64,000 bases of DNA from the NCBI RefSeq assembly GCF_009914755.1, contig NC_060930.1, one strand, 5' to 3'. The position numbers and the translations under genes are program-made. The stretch's first letter is position 1, and each line of letters opens with the position of its first letter. The notes under the pieces were generated by a model. It was not told where the DNA came from and did not search any database. It saw only the letters and a list, made by a program, of their open reading frames with translations. Shown in pieces: positions 46,926 through 61,014 of this stretch. Source of the stretch: the human T2T-CHM13v2.0 reference genome, Homo sapiens.

Positions 46926-47482
46926 ATATCAAGTGCTGGCTTGGATGTGAAGAAGTCACACACATTGTGGGTTGCTTATAAATTGACATAGCTCATGCTG
47001 AAGTAATCTGGCATTTTTATGAAAATTAAAAATGGATATACTATGTATATATTTGAGCATATATTTGTAGAAAAATTATTTGCATATAAATTTATATATT
47101 AAAGAATGCTTATTGTGGCAATTTTCTTTTTTATAAAAACAAGAAAAAATGGAAGATCTTTCAATAAGGTAATAATTGCATTTTTTAAATTATAGAAATT
47201 TAGACTATAGAACACCGTGTAGTTAAGTAAAATAAAAAGGTATATCCCTACATGTTGTCTTAGTCATATATCAACATATAATAAAGTGGAAAAAGTTATA
47301 GAGTAATATGTATATATACATGCCTGTGTTTATAACATATGTAATATAAGGAAAATGAAAAATATTTGTTTGTATGATTATTTAAGTAAATGAAGAAGCA
47401 CAGATGAATTCATTTGAAATTTTCAGTGGGATTAACAAAGCTTTGTTAACACCCATTTGAGGTGATATTGGAAGGAAAACAA

Positions 47483-47798
<316 letters not shown>

Positions 47799-50221
47799 TA
47801 AACATCTTTATCTTTGGAAATGTTTCTGCTAGCAATGTATTATTGGTATCTGATCCAAAAGACTAAAGAAAATAAACGGCCATTACATGCGTTGGCTGGA
47901 CCAGTTCTTGGTACAAATGAATATCTGTTGAATGAATAAATGAGTGTCTTGGATCCATTGTCACACTTATGTATGTCTCTTTTTCCTGCATAGTGGGAGA
48001 TGATATTTCTACAGCTAAATCCATTTTAAAAATCAAGAATAATGCTTTTTGTTCTTTCCCAAGGAAGGTAGTTCTAGTACATCAAGTTCCTATTTTGATA
48101 ATTTAGTCTTATATAATTTCTATTTTCAAAATAATTCTGGTTAAAAAACAACAGCAAATATAAATGGCTCTATTGGTGCTTTATTTAGTTGGAAGATCAA
48201 AAATTTGCAGCCCAGTTTTTTCAAGTTGATTCAGTTCCCTGCCCAAATTGATTAGAAAAGTCTCATTTCATGCAATTACAGATCTTTATTGCCTTTCATT
48301 ATAGAATGTTTTCCTTAAGGAATAGCCAATTTTTGAGAAAGACTAATCTTCTGGAGTGATTTAAAAAATTGTGGCACCTCATTCTTTTGAAAATTGAATT
48401 TGAACAAAATCCAAGGACAGTTTAAAATTCAGCTTCCACTTTAGAGGACTTCATTTTAAGTCCATCAATGCCTATAAAGCATCAAGTAAAATTCTCTTTC
48501 TACTCATCATATTATCATCTGATTTCAACAATAGCTCAAATTTTAATAAAAATTTTAATACTTACATGATTATTATCTTTATTTGAACTAGATGGGCACT
48601 AACTAAACTTATTCCTAAGGGAGGAGAATAGAAGAGCCTCCTTCAACTTTACTGCCTCTTTCTCATGCATCCAAAGCTCCTGTTATGAACATTCCTGGAT
48701 TGTGAATTTGTTCTATAGCACACAGCAAACAGGAGCAGCGTCATCTCTGCATTTAACATATGAACATCTCTGCAGGTAACACGAACCACATGGATGAACC
48801 TGTGCCTCACCTCGTGGGCTGCTCTGTGACAGCAGAACACCCACTAGACAAAGAAGCTTCCCACCAACTTCTGCTTTTCCCAAAAGCAGAATGTCATAGA
48901 CTGGTTACCTGTGTACTATGCCCCTCAGGAAGGGAGAATTCACTTCATTCTTTTACCTGCAGACAGGTTGGGAGGGTTATGCAAGTCAGGGGCATATAGC
49001 CTGCCTGACAGAGGCAGAAAGACCTCAGGTGACTTTGAGAGTGTTTGATAACAGGAAATATGATAAAATGCAAGGGCTTCTGTGTAACTGGGAATTTTTT
49101 CAGAGTAGAGAGGTCTCAACCTAGAATGTCTACTCACCTAGTAAAGTGAAGAGACCTGCAGTCTTCCTCTGACAGTGACAGGCAACCTCTAGGAGGCACG
49201 GAGCCGAAGGGCAGACTGAGAACTGCGTAGTTTTCTCCAGGAACAGACATTTTTTCAGAGGGATTGGGACTCTGGGGGAAGCACTTTGATTAGAGAGTGA
49301 GATAGAGCACAGAAATCCAATTCATGCCATCTCAGCATGCAGGATCTAGACTTCGAACATTCAAGGGAGTCTGGAAGTGTTTGAATGCTGGTCTTGTCAA
49401 ATAATGAGGAACGACCATTCCAGCAAAGAGCAGTCTAAATAGAAGAGAAGCAGGACACAATGCAGATGCTAGACAAAGAAAGAACATCCAGATCAGACCA
49501 GGAAAAAAGATAATTCCTTTCACTCTATCCAGCTAATGATTTTACTAATCTCCAGTGAGGGAGGATTGAAAGTTAATAGAAAAACCACAGGAGATTCAAC
49601 TTGTAGTTTCAGTATATTAGCATATATATTCTTGCTAAAATTACTTCAGTTGCTTTCTATAATTCTCATTTCCCTTATGTGGCATTACACATTCTTATCT
49701 TCCCTCCTCAAAAGTAGATTAAGTGGAGGCTGTCTCAGTCTAGAGGGTTCTGTAGGTACTGAACACATTATAGAGAAATCACAAGATCATGCAGCTTGGT
49801 GCTTCAACAGATGCCTGACCCTACCCAGCCTGGGTGGATCCTTGGCACTACCCAGGGTTCCTCTAAGATGTGGCCACTATATGGCTCCTAGATCCATTCT
49901 TGACCTAGGTACATGGGCCCAGAGAGTGTAATTAAGTGATATAGTCGGAGGTGGTTATTACCTAGACAATACTAGCTAGTCAATTGAGGCAGTAAATCAT
50001 ACAGTTCAGTTAGAATCACACTTAGAATACCTTCTCTAAGGCAAGGTTTTAAAAACTTGCTTTTAATTTAAAAGGCTGACTTGGTGGTAGGTCTGGAGTG
50101 GAGCCCCAAAGTCTGCCTTTTATGTAAGAACCCCAAGGTGAATCTGATGTAGGTGGTCCATGGCTCTACTTTGACTTCCTGAGCTAAATGATTTGCTGAT
50201 TTATTAGACAGTAAACAATTG

Positions 50222-50397
50222 AGGCTGGGTGTGGTGGTGCACGCGTGTAGTCTCAGTTACTTGAGATGCTGAGGCAGGAGAATCGCTTGAGCTCAGCAGT
50301 TTGAGGCTATGGTGAGCTATGATTATGCCCACTTCACTCTAGCCTGGGTGATAGAGCCACACCCTGCTTCAAAAAAAAAAAAAAAGAAAAAAAAAAG
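50222..50397 (+). mobile_element. Alu monomer (FLAM/FRAM-like)
   Basis: single arm plus poly-A; TSD-like AGTAAACAATTGA / AGTAAACAGTTGA. Confidence 0.85.
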
Positions 50398-51999
50398 TAA
50401 ACAGTTGAAATTTCATGGCAGACATTTCCAGCCTATGTGTGTAGAAATGAGCTGAGATACAGGTGTTGTCAATAAGCAGTTTCTTTGGCCCAGTTGGCCT
50501 GGCTCTCTTTGGGCTGCTATAAGCACTTTCACACCGTGCAGAGATTTCCTTCTCGAGGAGATGCCAGATCAGACTGTTATAAACATAGAAAGGGGGAATG
50601 GGGACTTTCTTTCATAAGGATTAAAAATAATACTCCAAATTCAGCCTTCCCACAAAACCAAGTAAATCAATGTAAGTAAAGCTAAAATAGGCAGAAAAGG
50701 GCACCATTGCAATGGTTAAAAAAAAAAAAAAAAAAAAAAGAGGCTGTGGAAATAGTTGTGAAAAAGTCTGCAAAATGCATAGTAGAAAGAGAAGGGAAAG
50801 CCTTCTGGGTGCAATGGTAATTGAAGGCCTCCTTTCTCTTTACGGAAGGGTACCTGTTGTAGCCACGTGAGTTAACACCTTACAGAAGGCCTCAGCACTA
50901 GTGTGTTCTTCTTTCTGAGTATGTACTTAACTATAGGAAACAATTTTTTTGTGTGTGATTGCAGAAATAAGAAATCTGAGTTATTCCAAAGAGACTGAAA
51001 AAGGACCTGAGACAGGATACTTTGTGGAAATCACACTTCTCCTGGAGTTTGCCTACAATAGGATCTCAGAGATTCATCCCTGAACTCTAGGTTTACGGTG
51101 ACTTCTTTTAAATTGGCTTGCCTCCAAAAGAGAGTAACTCAAAGCTGAGTTTAAAATTCTTCCACCTCTTTCTTGATATCATTATTGATAAGGCCAAATC
51201 TTTGATGGCTATTATAACTCTGGCCTGGCTTAGTGAAATCTCGCAGACAACCTAAACCTCAACTGGAATGACTTGTTAGTAGTCAATACTTATTTCAAAC
51301 TTTAGATCCTCTATTCATTCTTTGGCGAGGACACTAATAAGATACAAGGAACAAGATGCAGTTAAAATAATGCAGGTGGGAGCTGGGGATATGTGGCCAC
51401 AATGCAAAACACAAGAAAATGTCCTGGCTCCTGACCTTGAGGATCTTAATGATCTACCTGAGATATCTCCGTGTCCACCCACTTCACACCTACAGGGAGC
51501 AAGCTCATTTCTGGGTACACACAGCAGACTCTTAATAAATATTGCCTGAAAGATAACGCTTTATCAGTATGAACTAAGAGTAGAATGAACGTTCATCTTT
51601 CTTTTGCATTCACCTCATCTCATTCCGTTTGTTTCAAGTCAGTTCTCCTGCTGGGAGAGGCTGCAGCACTCCTGTCTGGAGTGAGGGAGGGTCTGTTGTA
51701 GCACAACAGTTCCATGCTACTCCTTTGTCTGTTCATGTCAACAGTCTATGTATGGAGCACCTATGTTTAGGTGGCTGTGTTAAGCACCTTGGAGGTGGGA
51801 TGAAGATAAAGAGAGAAAAGCAACAGAGTCTCCTTTAGAGGGGAGGGCAAGATCTTGGTTAAAAACAAAAACAAAACAGGTTCTATCACTCAATGTATTT
51901 GTGATCACTTTGTAACACTTTTCTGAGCTCCAGTTTCCTCTCCTGTATAGTGGGAACAATATGTATTTCCATGGTGTCATAAGGGTCAAATGAAATAAT

Positions 52000-52135
52000 T
52001 AGAGTTGCAAGATTTAGCAAATAAAAACAGTGTAAATTATATTCCACCCAATATTTGGGACGTACAAAACAGTATTTATTGTTTCTTTAGAATTCAAATT
52101 TAACTGACATCATATATTTTATCTGGCATGCCTAG
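52000..52135. mobile_element. MER53-like hAT relic
   Basis: termini TAGAGTTGCAAGATTTAGCAAATAAAAA and TTTATCTGGCATGCCTA. Confidence 0.6.
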
Positions 52136-52958
52136 AAATAATGTTATGATAATAGTAGCCATTCTCTGAGTGCCTATTTCATGTGCCAGGCACCACTAGG
52201 TACCTAGATTACATTGGTTATAGTTCTAACAGCAGCTATTACTAACTCCATTTTGCATCTAGGATGTGGAAGTTTTCCAAAAACAAATAGCCAGTAAATA
52301 GCGGAGGCAAGATTCAAATTCACTTTATCATGCTGCTTCTTCAGGATATGAAAGCAATCTGAAACTAGAAAATAGCCTGGTATTTATGGTCTCTTTGTTC
52401 ATTATCTCTGTCCTGAGTACAGCAAAGGAACTGTGGAAAGTTATGGGAATGTGGAAGTTAAGAGTTTCCATCAAGTGTAGACAAAAGCCTGTATCTACTT
52501 CTCAACTTCCAGGAAATCAGTATTTCTACGGATACCAAGGCAAGGTCCATAAATGCTCTAAAACAACCCACAGTGTATGATGTGACATGTGGGATTATCT
52601 ATCCCAAAGCCCATGCCAGAGCAGAGATGTATTGACTAACTGGGCCTTAAAGTAAATTAGTTCTGTAAGCTACTTAATATGTCCCATTTTTGCTGTTAGA
52701 TGACAAAAGATTCAGCTTAGCCACCTATACTTCTAATCTTTAAAGTAAATTCAGAACTTCATTTATTCAAGCATTTATTTCATTCTCTCATCCATCCATG
52801 TGTCCATTCAACAAGCACTTATATAGTACTTTCTAGACATTGTTCTAAGCACTTTACAAACATTAACTTACTTAATTCTCATAATCGTCCTCTAAGTAGG
52901 TATTATTATTACCCCCATTGAAATTCGGAATGGTGACCCCAGATTCCTACTAGAACCT

Positions 52959-53622
52959 TGTGATGGCTCAGTGGCCCTCCAGAGATGTCCATGTCCTAAT
53001 CCTTGGGACCTATGGATATATTATATGACACACCAAAGGGATTTTGCAGATGTGATTAAGGTAACCGACCATAAAATCAGAAGTTTATCCTGGATTTTTG
53101 AGGTGGACCCAATCTAATCAATTTTGAGGTGGACCAATCTAATAAACAGCTGTGTTTAACAGCTATTAAACACAGAGAATGTTCTGTGACTGAGTTCAGG
53201 AGAGATGCAGCAGAAGCGGAAGTCAGAGAGATTAGAGGTGTGAGGGGGATGGGATGCACTGTTGCTGGTTTGAGGACGGAGGTTGCAGCATGATGGGTAG
53301 TGTAGGTGGCCTTACATTGCTGACAGAGGCCACATCTCCCAGCCAGTGAGAAGACGACAACTCAGCCAGCGAGGAAACAAGAATTCAGAACATGATTCTG
53401 CCAGCAACCTGCATCAGTTTGGTGGCAAATTCTCCCTCAGAGCCTTCAGATGAGAGCCTGGGCCAGCTGATACTTTGACGTCAACCTCTGGGACCAAGGG
53501 CAGAGGAATCCATTGAGCTCATGTGAACTTCTGGCCTGAAGAATCGCGGGATAATCCATTTGTGTTGTTTTAAGCCACTAAATTTGTGGTAATTTTTATA
53601 GCAGAAATAGAAAATGAATATA
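52959..53622 (+). mobile_element. MLT1D/E-type MaLR LTR
   Basis: GATGTCCATGTCCTAATCC...TTTGCAGATGTGATTAAGG...TTTAAGCCACTAAATTTGTGGTAATTT. Confidence 0.8.
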
Positions 53623-53889
53623 GACCATATCTCTTTAGGTTATTATTTTTTACATCCCAGTTTGATAGTCATGTCATCTTCCATTAGCCAGAGTATTTAG
53701 TTAAGCAGAATATTTCTTTCTGTACTGATTGTGCTGACCAGGTATATTTCGCATTGTGCAGTTGCAGAGGTTCCGTGCCCAATTCTGGGACTCACTCCTT
53801 GTATTCTTCATTTACCAGGAAGGGGAATAGGAGGCTCTGAAGGATGGAAGAGGGACAGGCTTTTCAAATATTGATTAGGAAAAGGCAGC

Positions 53890-54125
53890 AGGAGAGAAGA
53901 CTGAAAGCACAGACTCTCAGCCTGAATCTGGGCTTAAACTCCGGCTCTATTGCCTAGTAGCCATGTGGCTTTGGGCAAGTCACTTAACATCTCTGTGCCT
54001 TGGCTTATCTTCAAAATGCAGATGACGATCAGCATAGTACCTAGGGTTGCTATGATTAAGTGAGTCAAAGAATGCGGTGTGAGTATTGCAAGGATGATCT
54101 AAGTGTTCACTGTTATTATTGTCTC
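53890..54125. mobile_element. MIR
   Basis: TTGGGCAAGTCACTTAACATCTCTGTGCCT MIR core. Confidence 0.75.
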
Positions 54126-55049
54126 CATTGCAGAAGGGTTTCACAGAGAGGTGAAGATAGAAGCACACCAAATAAAGAAAAGCTCAAAAGGGTTTGCAAT
54201 CGGAGAAATGGAAATGAAAATAATAGTGAGATATCACTGTAAGCCAGTCAGATGGGCACAAATGGGGAAGCTAGACGATGTTGGTGTTGGAGAGGATGAG
54301 GGACATGGGCAGCACCCGCCTCACTGCAGTTGGGAGTGTGATCCGGGCAGTCATTCTGTTGAACAACCTGATACTACTGAGTCAAGGTAAAGATACCCTC
54401 TATGTCTTGGTTTGGGTTCTCCCAGAAACAGCTCCTTAGATAAGGATTTAAGTGGAAGTGGCTTATTCAGGAGATGATGCCAGGATATGCTGGTAGGAAG
54501 GGAAGGCACTCAATAAGGGCATGTTTTCAAGCAAGTTCCGCTGTGAGTCACTGGAGCTTAACTGGGGACTTCCAGGAGCAGGTGTAGAACAAGAACCTCC
54601 CAATTTTCCCATCCAAGAGGTGAAAGAGCTGGGGTATTTATATACAAGGCTCCTCATACATTGGCTCAGGGCTGCTGAGAATGAGAGTGCAGGTGCTCGC
54701 CGTTGGCAGTTAAGGAGGCCTGGCCTGCAATAAGACGATGAGATGTGGGTATGGCACTGATAGCGTCTACCCCCCAGGATGGCCTAGGAAATCCACTCAA
54801 GTATAAACCTAAAGAAATGATCACGACATTTCATTTGGGAGACATGTGAGGATGTTTGCAATGTTATTTGTGATGGCAGGAGTTCTAGGCAGGCTGGGTG
54901 ACTATCACTAGGAGAGTGAGTAGAATCCATGTGGGGAACGTGCACATGGGGTATTGTGCAGTAGTTAAAAGTAACAGATTGAGTTATACATAGCTACATA
55001 ATGAAGCTTAAAAATAATCCCAAGTGAGAAAAGAAACAGAATGAGATCT

Positions 55050-55130
55050 ATCACACACACATACACACTCTCTCTCTCTGTCACACACACACCCACACCC
55101 ACACACTCTCTGTCACACACACACACACAC
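55050..55130. repeat. (CA)n/(CT)n compound microsatellite
   Basis: alternating CACA and CTCT runs. Confidence 0.9.
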
Positions 55131-57019
55131 CCCAATGAAAATTTTGTAGCAATGCACTTAACAAAAAAAATCATGTACACATGTCAGAATGGTTTTTCAT
55201 AAAGGAGTGGAGGAAAAGCAGTTGGCTATGATACTAAGATAAAAAGTAATTAATTGATTTACTTTTTTTTAACAACACAAAAGGGGAACCCTGTAGAGAT
55301 CTTTGATGATAATGTGTTGTGAACTGAGTGTGAAGAATTCAACAATCTGCACCTCTCATCCCAGAGAAAACAATGTACACCAGTGATTTCTGATCCTGTC
55401 CATTTCTCTGAACTAAAGTGCTTGTTTGTTCATTTTCTAGAGTTTTACCTGCTTCTCAGTGGTCTATCCATTGCGTGAGGGTGGTGGCAGCAGAGAGGGG
55501 AGTGGAGGTTGCAGCCCTGACTGAGGCCCACTCTGATGGAAAGAGAGGGAATTCATCCAGAGACTGAGGTCAAGGTCAAGTTGGGGTGGAGTGGAATGGT
55601 TTCCTAGACATCCTGTCGTGAAGAAGACCAGACAGCCCATCGGGCTAAGGCTAGGCCAAGCCAGTGGAGCAGATGGGGTGATGCCAAGATAAGGAGGGAG
55701 CCAGGAAGGAGAACCAGGTTGTGACATTCCCAGACAGAGGTTAAAATGCTGGCTCTGTGTTCATGAAGCTGAGTGCCCAGGCAAAGTCACCAAGTGCCCA
55801 GGGAGATGATGCTTCAAATGCATTTTTACATGCTTTTTTTACCTGCCACTGCCAGATAATGGTAAGGATTTTTTTCTACCCTAATGAAGCTGTTAGAAGT
55901 ATTAACATTTATATAAAATAGTAAATAGAATTTGAAGGTGTCTATACTAAAGATGGATTGAATTTTGATTTTAATATAGTTTACATACCAACCATGGACT
56001 TGAGTTCCAGATAGGAATAATTATTTTTTGTATCGATCTCTTTAAATCTTAATTTTTCATTTAAAAAATCTTTTGGCACCAGTCAAAACCAACAACCTTG
56101 CCTTTTGTGATGTCCAGCAAGCACAGTGCAAATATGTAACAAATAAGTATTATGGAGTAGATGGTTTTGTGCAGCATGCATGAGAAATTCATTAATTTAA
56201 ATTTAATTTGAAAAACATAATGAATTCAAGGTACTATTCCCAGTGTAGTTGTGTAGATAAAGATTAAAAAGTCATAGTTTATAAAATTAATCTGTCTTAA
56301 GGGTATATTCTTCTGTTGGAAGTCAGGGGGTGTCTCAGGAACAGCCTACAATGGCAAGAAATTTTCAATAAGATGGATTTTTTTTTTAATCACACTTCCA
56401 GAAGAAATTTAGAAATAGGGCTTTTTCTCTAAGGCAATACCTAGAAAAAAATGATTTGACCAAGGGCTTAGAAAAATTAGCAGTGTTTGCAATTGGTTAC
56501 AGAGGTCTTATCGCCTATCACAGCTTGCTTAGCTCTCTTGAGTTGTATTTATAAAGCGTTCTGGCTGATCTACTTAGTTAGATGAACGGTAAGATTATTT
56601 TTGCCTTTTAGCTATGTGATGCTGAACTCTAATCAATTGAAATGCTTCACGGTGACAGAATGCCTTCTGTTTGCCAATGCAAAAAATCCTATTAAGTGGC
56701 AAATTATAAAATCTCCAAGTAGCATCCAGCTGAAATATTTGTTTGTATTTTCTATAATAGATCTTTCCTTTGAAGCAGCTGCTATTTCAAAGGAGATTGT
56801 AGGCATTTGAAAAATCTGGGTCACTCCTCATGCATTCCAGAAAGAAATCTGTGATAGACTAAGGCCTCAGGACCCATCTGTGGCTGTGTGGGAACTGTGT
56901 GGGGTTGTAAATAAAGCTGGTGGGGGGCCCAGAGCAGTTTTCAGGGCCCAACCCTCAGCGCCAGGATTTCTAAATACTGAAAACTGGATGGGGAAAAACT
57001 GAAAAATGGGGTCTTTAAA

Positions 57020-57441
57020 ATTTTTTTTAGAGACAGGGTATCCCTCTGTCACCCAGACTGGGGCACAGTGGTGCGAACATGGCTCACTGTAACCTTGAAC
57101 TCCTGGGCTCAAGTGATCCTTCTGCCTCAGCCTCCTGTGCAGCTGAGGCTACAGACATGTGCCACTATGCTGGGCTAATTTATTAAAATGTTTTGTAGAG
57201 ATGGAGTCTTGCTATGTTGCCCAGGCTGGCCTTAAGCTTCTGGGCTAAGTGATCCTTCTGCCTCAGCCTCTCAAAGTGCTGGAATTCAGGCACAAGTCAC
57301 TGCACCTGGCAGTTTTAAAAAATTGTTTGTAGAGAGGGGACCTCACTATGATGTCCAGGCTGGTCTTGAACTCCTGGCCTCAAGTAATCCTCAGCCTCCC
57401 AAAGCATTGTGATTACAGACATGAGCCCCTGTGCCCAACCC
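57020..57441 (-). mobile_element. AluJ plus an adjacent extra Alu left arm
   Basis: antisense AluJ 57020-57310 followed by a partial Alu monomer to ~57441. Confidence 0.85.
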
Positions 57442-57635
57442 TGAAAGACACAGTTTTTAGGTAAGTACATAATTAAAATGCTAATCGTATTCACATTAGT
57501 AATGAGGATTTTAATATTGAGGAAAGGATGACAAAGGAGTTGGGTCACATGGGAGGGTCATTGCACTCAGAGAATAATGTTTTTCTATCCTTAAAGAGTT
57601 GCATTAGCCTCTTTTTGGTTAAAAAAGTCACATCT

Positions 57636-57935
<300 letters not shown>

Positions 57936-59322
57936 TTCACATCCATATTTTTTAGGACAAAAAGTTGCTAATAACACTTACCTCTGATTGATAAGTAATC
58001 TGAGCTGCAGGAAGTAGGAGGTTTGCTCCCCTTTGGCGACCTCACCCACGTGCACACACAAACTCAGAGGCTCCCTGGGTACTTTTTACTTTCCTCTTTC
58101 TGTGTTTCCATGTTTTCTCAGCAGCTTTCCCTCCTTCTGTGAAGGAAAATTTCAGCAGGACACAGTCTGCCAAGCTAAGCACATGGCAGACAGTTGATAA
58201 ACTTCACTAAGATTTCAAGGAAGTGTGGGGAAGAAAATTTGTTGGATTTTCTTTAGACAGGAAGGAGAAAGACCAGTGAAAAGAAGTGGAAAAAAGAGAG
58301 AAATCCAAAAAGATGGTGGTAGGCTGGGATTAGGTTAAGTCAAAGTGCCCACAGGTACGGGTTGAAAAACATTTTGAAGATCTGCAGTGATTATTCTTCC
58401 ACTTAAAGTTATTTATAAAATTGTTTGATAAATTGGCTTTTCGGGTGCTCAAAAAATGGATCAACCCTTTTGCTTCTAGGAAGATGGAGTAGACATATTT
58501 TTCCCTATTCCTCTTGCTAAGTACAACTAAAAGCCCTGGATATTCTATTAATATATAAAACAAGCATAAGACGACTGTGAAAGGTGGGGAGAAGGCAGCA
58601 TACTGCATAGGGACCTCTGCACACAAGAAATGATACTGTGGTGAGTTCTTCAGGTTTTCTTTTTGCTTCATAAATTCCAGTCCAGAAGGTGAAGAAGCTG
58701 GCACTTTAGAAACGCCTGCTAGGACACATGAAACAGCCCTGATAAAAGCCCACACTCTCTAGCCAAAGAACCAGAAAAGGGGCAGCCTCGCAAAACAGGA
58801 AACGTTTACATAATGTCCACTCTACTCCAGCCAAACACCACAGAAAAATCTGTGGCCACACCCCCACCCACACCAGCAAAGTGCTAAGGGGGCATCCCGA
58901 CTTCTACTCTTGTCAATCTTTAAAACCCCAAGCGCTTCACCAAGGTGGTGTCAGAGAATGTTGGGTAGGGAACAAGGCTTTCATTCACACTGTGTGGTAA
59001 TGAGACCCCCTCACACTGCAGTATCCCTGAAGATCTTTGGGAAAGCTTAGACTTCCACCACAACCCAGCAGTGAAGAGGCGCTGCACCCGCCTCTGCTGG
59101 GGTGGTATCAGAGGAGGCCTGGTAGAGAGACAGGACTTCCACCACTGCCCAGCGGAAATGAGGTCACTCACTTCCTTGTGGGGTCAGTGGAAGCTGTATG
59201 GGAAGAAGTAATGAGGCATACAAATCCACCAGTTACAGAAGTATCTGTGGAGGCCTAGTGGGGAGCTAGATCTCCTGCCTCAGCCAGCAGTACAAAGAGA
59301 CCCCTTGGATGTCAATGGAGGC

Positions 59323-60321
59323 TGTTTTAGTCAGGGTTCTCCAGAGAGACAGAACCAATAGAACTTGTCTCTCTCTATATATATATAGAGAGAGAGCTAC
59401 AGAACCAATAGGATCTCTATAGGTTCAGTCTCTCTCTATATATCCTATATATATATATATATGTATGTGTATATATATATCCTATTTTTATATAAACATA
59501 GGATATATTTAAGTATATGTGTATATATATCATATATAGGATATATAAGTGTATATATACTGTATACATACTTATAAATACTATACTATATATAAGTATA
59601 TATGGATATATAATATATAAAATAGGATATATATAAATATAGGATTATATATCTATATGTTCTGTCTCTCTATATGTATCATATGTCTTCTAGGACATAT
59701 ATCCTAGAGAAAAGGATTAGAAGGGATTTATTAGGGGAATGGCTAAGTTGATTATGGGGGCTGAGAAGTCCCACAATAGGCCATCTGCAAGCCGGAGAAC
59801 CAGGGAAACTGGTAGTGTGGCTTGGTCCAAGTCTGGAGGCCTCAGAACCAGAGAAGCTGATGGTATAACCTCACTGGAAGGTTGAAGGCCAAGATCCTGG
59901 GGTGAAGGGGTACTGATGCAAGTCCCAGAGTCCAAAAGCCAGAGAACCTGGAGTTCTGACATCCAAGGGCAGGAGAAGTAGGGCATCTCAGCTTTGGAAA
60001 AGAGAGCCAGAATTCACCTTTCCTCTGCCTTCTTGTTTTACCTGAGCCCCCAGCTGATTGGATGGTGGCCACCCACATTGAGGGTAAATCTTCTCCACTC
60101 AGTCCACGGACTCATCTGCCAATCTACTCCAGAAACACCCTCACAGACACACCTGGGGGAGCCCAATCATTCTAATCAAATAACATACCACCTGGGTTTC
60201 CCTTTCAGCAGAAGAGGGATGAGCTCAATGTCTACTGAAGCATCGAGAATAATGTATGCTTTACCAGCTGTATGGGTATCCCTAAATCCTGTCAAATGGA
60301 CATCCAGAATCAACCATCACA
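59323..60321 (-). mobile_element. MLT2B/D-type ERVL LTR with an expanded TA-rich tract (59370-59710)
   Basis: TGTTTTAGTCAGGGTTCTCCAGAGAGACAGAACCAATAG...AACCATCACA; flanks GAGGC / GAGAC. Confidence 0.85.
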
Positions 60322-60554
60322 GAGACCAAGGAGGAAACTTAAACTTCCTCCCTTACCAGACAGTAATGGGGCAGAGCCTTCCATTGCCTTGCTAGAAGTG
60401 CATCAATGAAAGCAAGCTAAAATACAAAATTTAACTAAGATCTGGAGTCCTGTAACATAAAACCAGAAAAGTCCACATTTCAATTGATAATCACTCATTA
60501 TACCAAAAACTAGGAAGATCTCAAACGTAATGAAGAGAGACCATAAATAGATGG

Positions 60555-61014
60555 TGTATTAGTTTGCTAGAGATGCCATAACAAAGTATCATGGACTGGG
60601 TGGCTCAAACACATTTTTTACTGTCTAGATGCTGGGAAATCCAAGATCAAGGTACTGGCAGATTTTGTTTCCATGGAGGTCTCTCTCCTTGGCTTGCAAG
60701 TGACTCTTACTTGCTGTGCCCTCACATAGCCTTTCTCTGTGAGTGTGCATCCCTCATGTGTCTTTTCTTACAAGGACACCAGTTATATTGGATTAGAGTC
60801 CTGCCCTATTGGTGTAATTTGAATGTAATTACCTCTTTGAAGGTCCTATCTCCAAATACAGTCACATGGATTAGGGCCCACCCATATGACTTCATTTAAT
60901 CTTAATTAGTTCTTTAAAGACTCTATCTCCATGTACCATTACATTTTGAGGTATTGGAGGTTGAGAATTCAATATAAAAATTTTCAAGTGGGGGACACAA
61001 TTCAGCCCATAACA
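60555..61014 (-). mobile_element. MLT1B/C-type MaLR LTR
   Basis: TGTATTAGTTTGCTAG...GACACAATTCAGCCCATAACA; flanks GATGG / GATGT. Confidence 0.85.

Noticed and set aside
59370-59710. TA-rich tract with short palindromes
   Set aside because: Ordinary expansion of the TA microsatellite commonly seen in MLT2 LTRs; low complexity.
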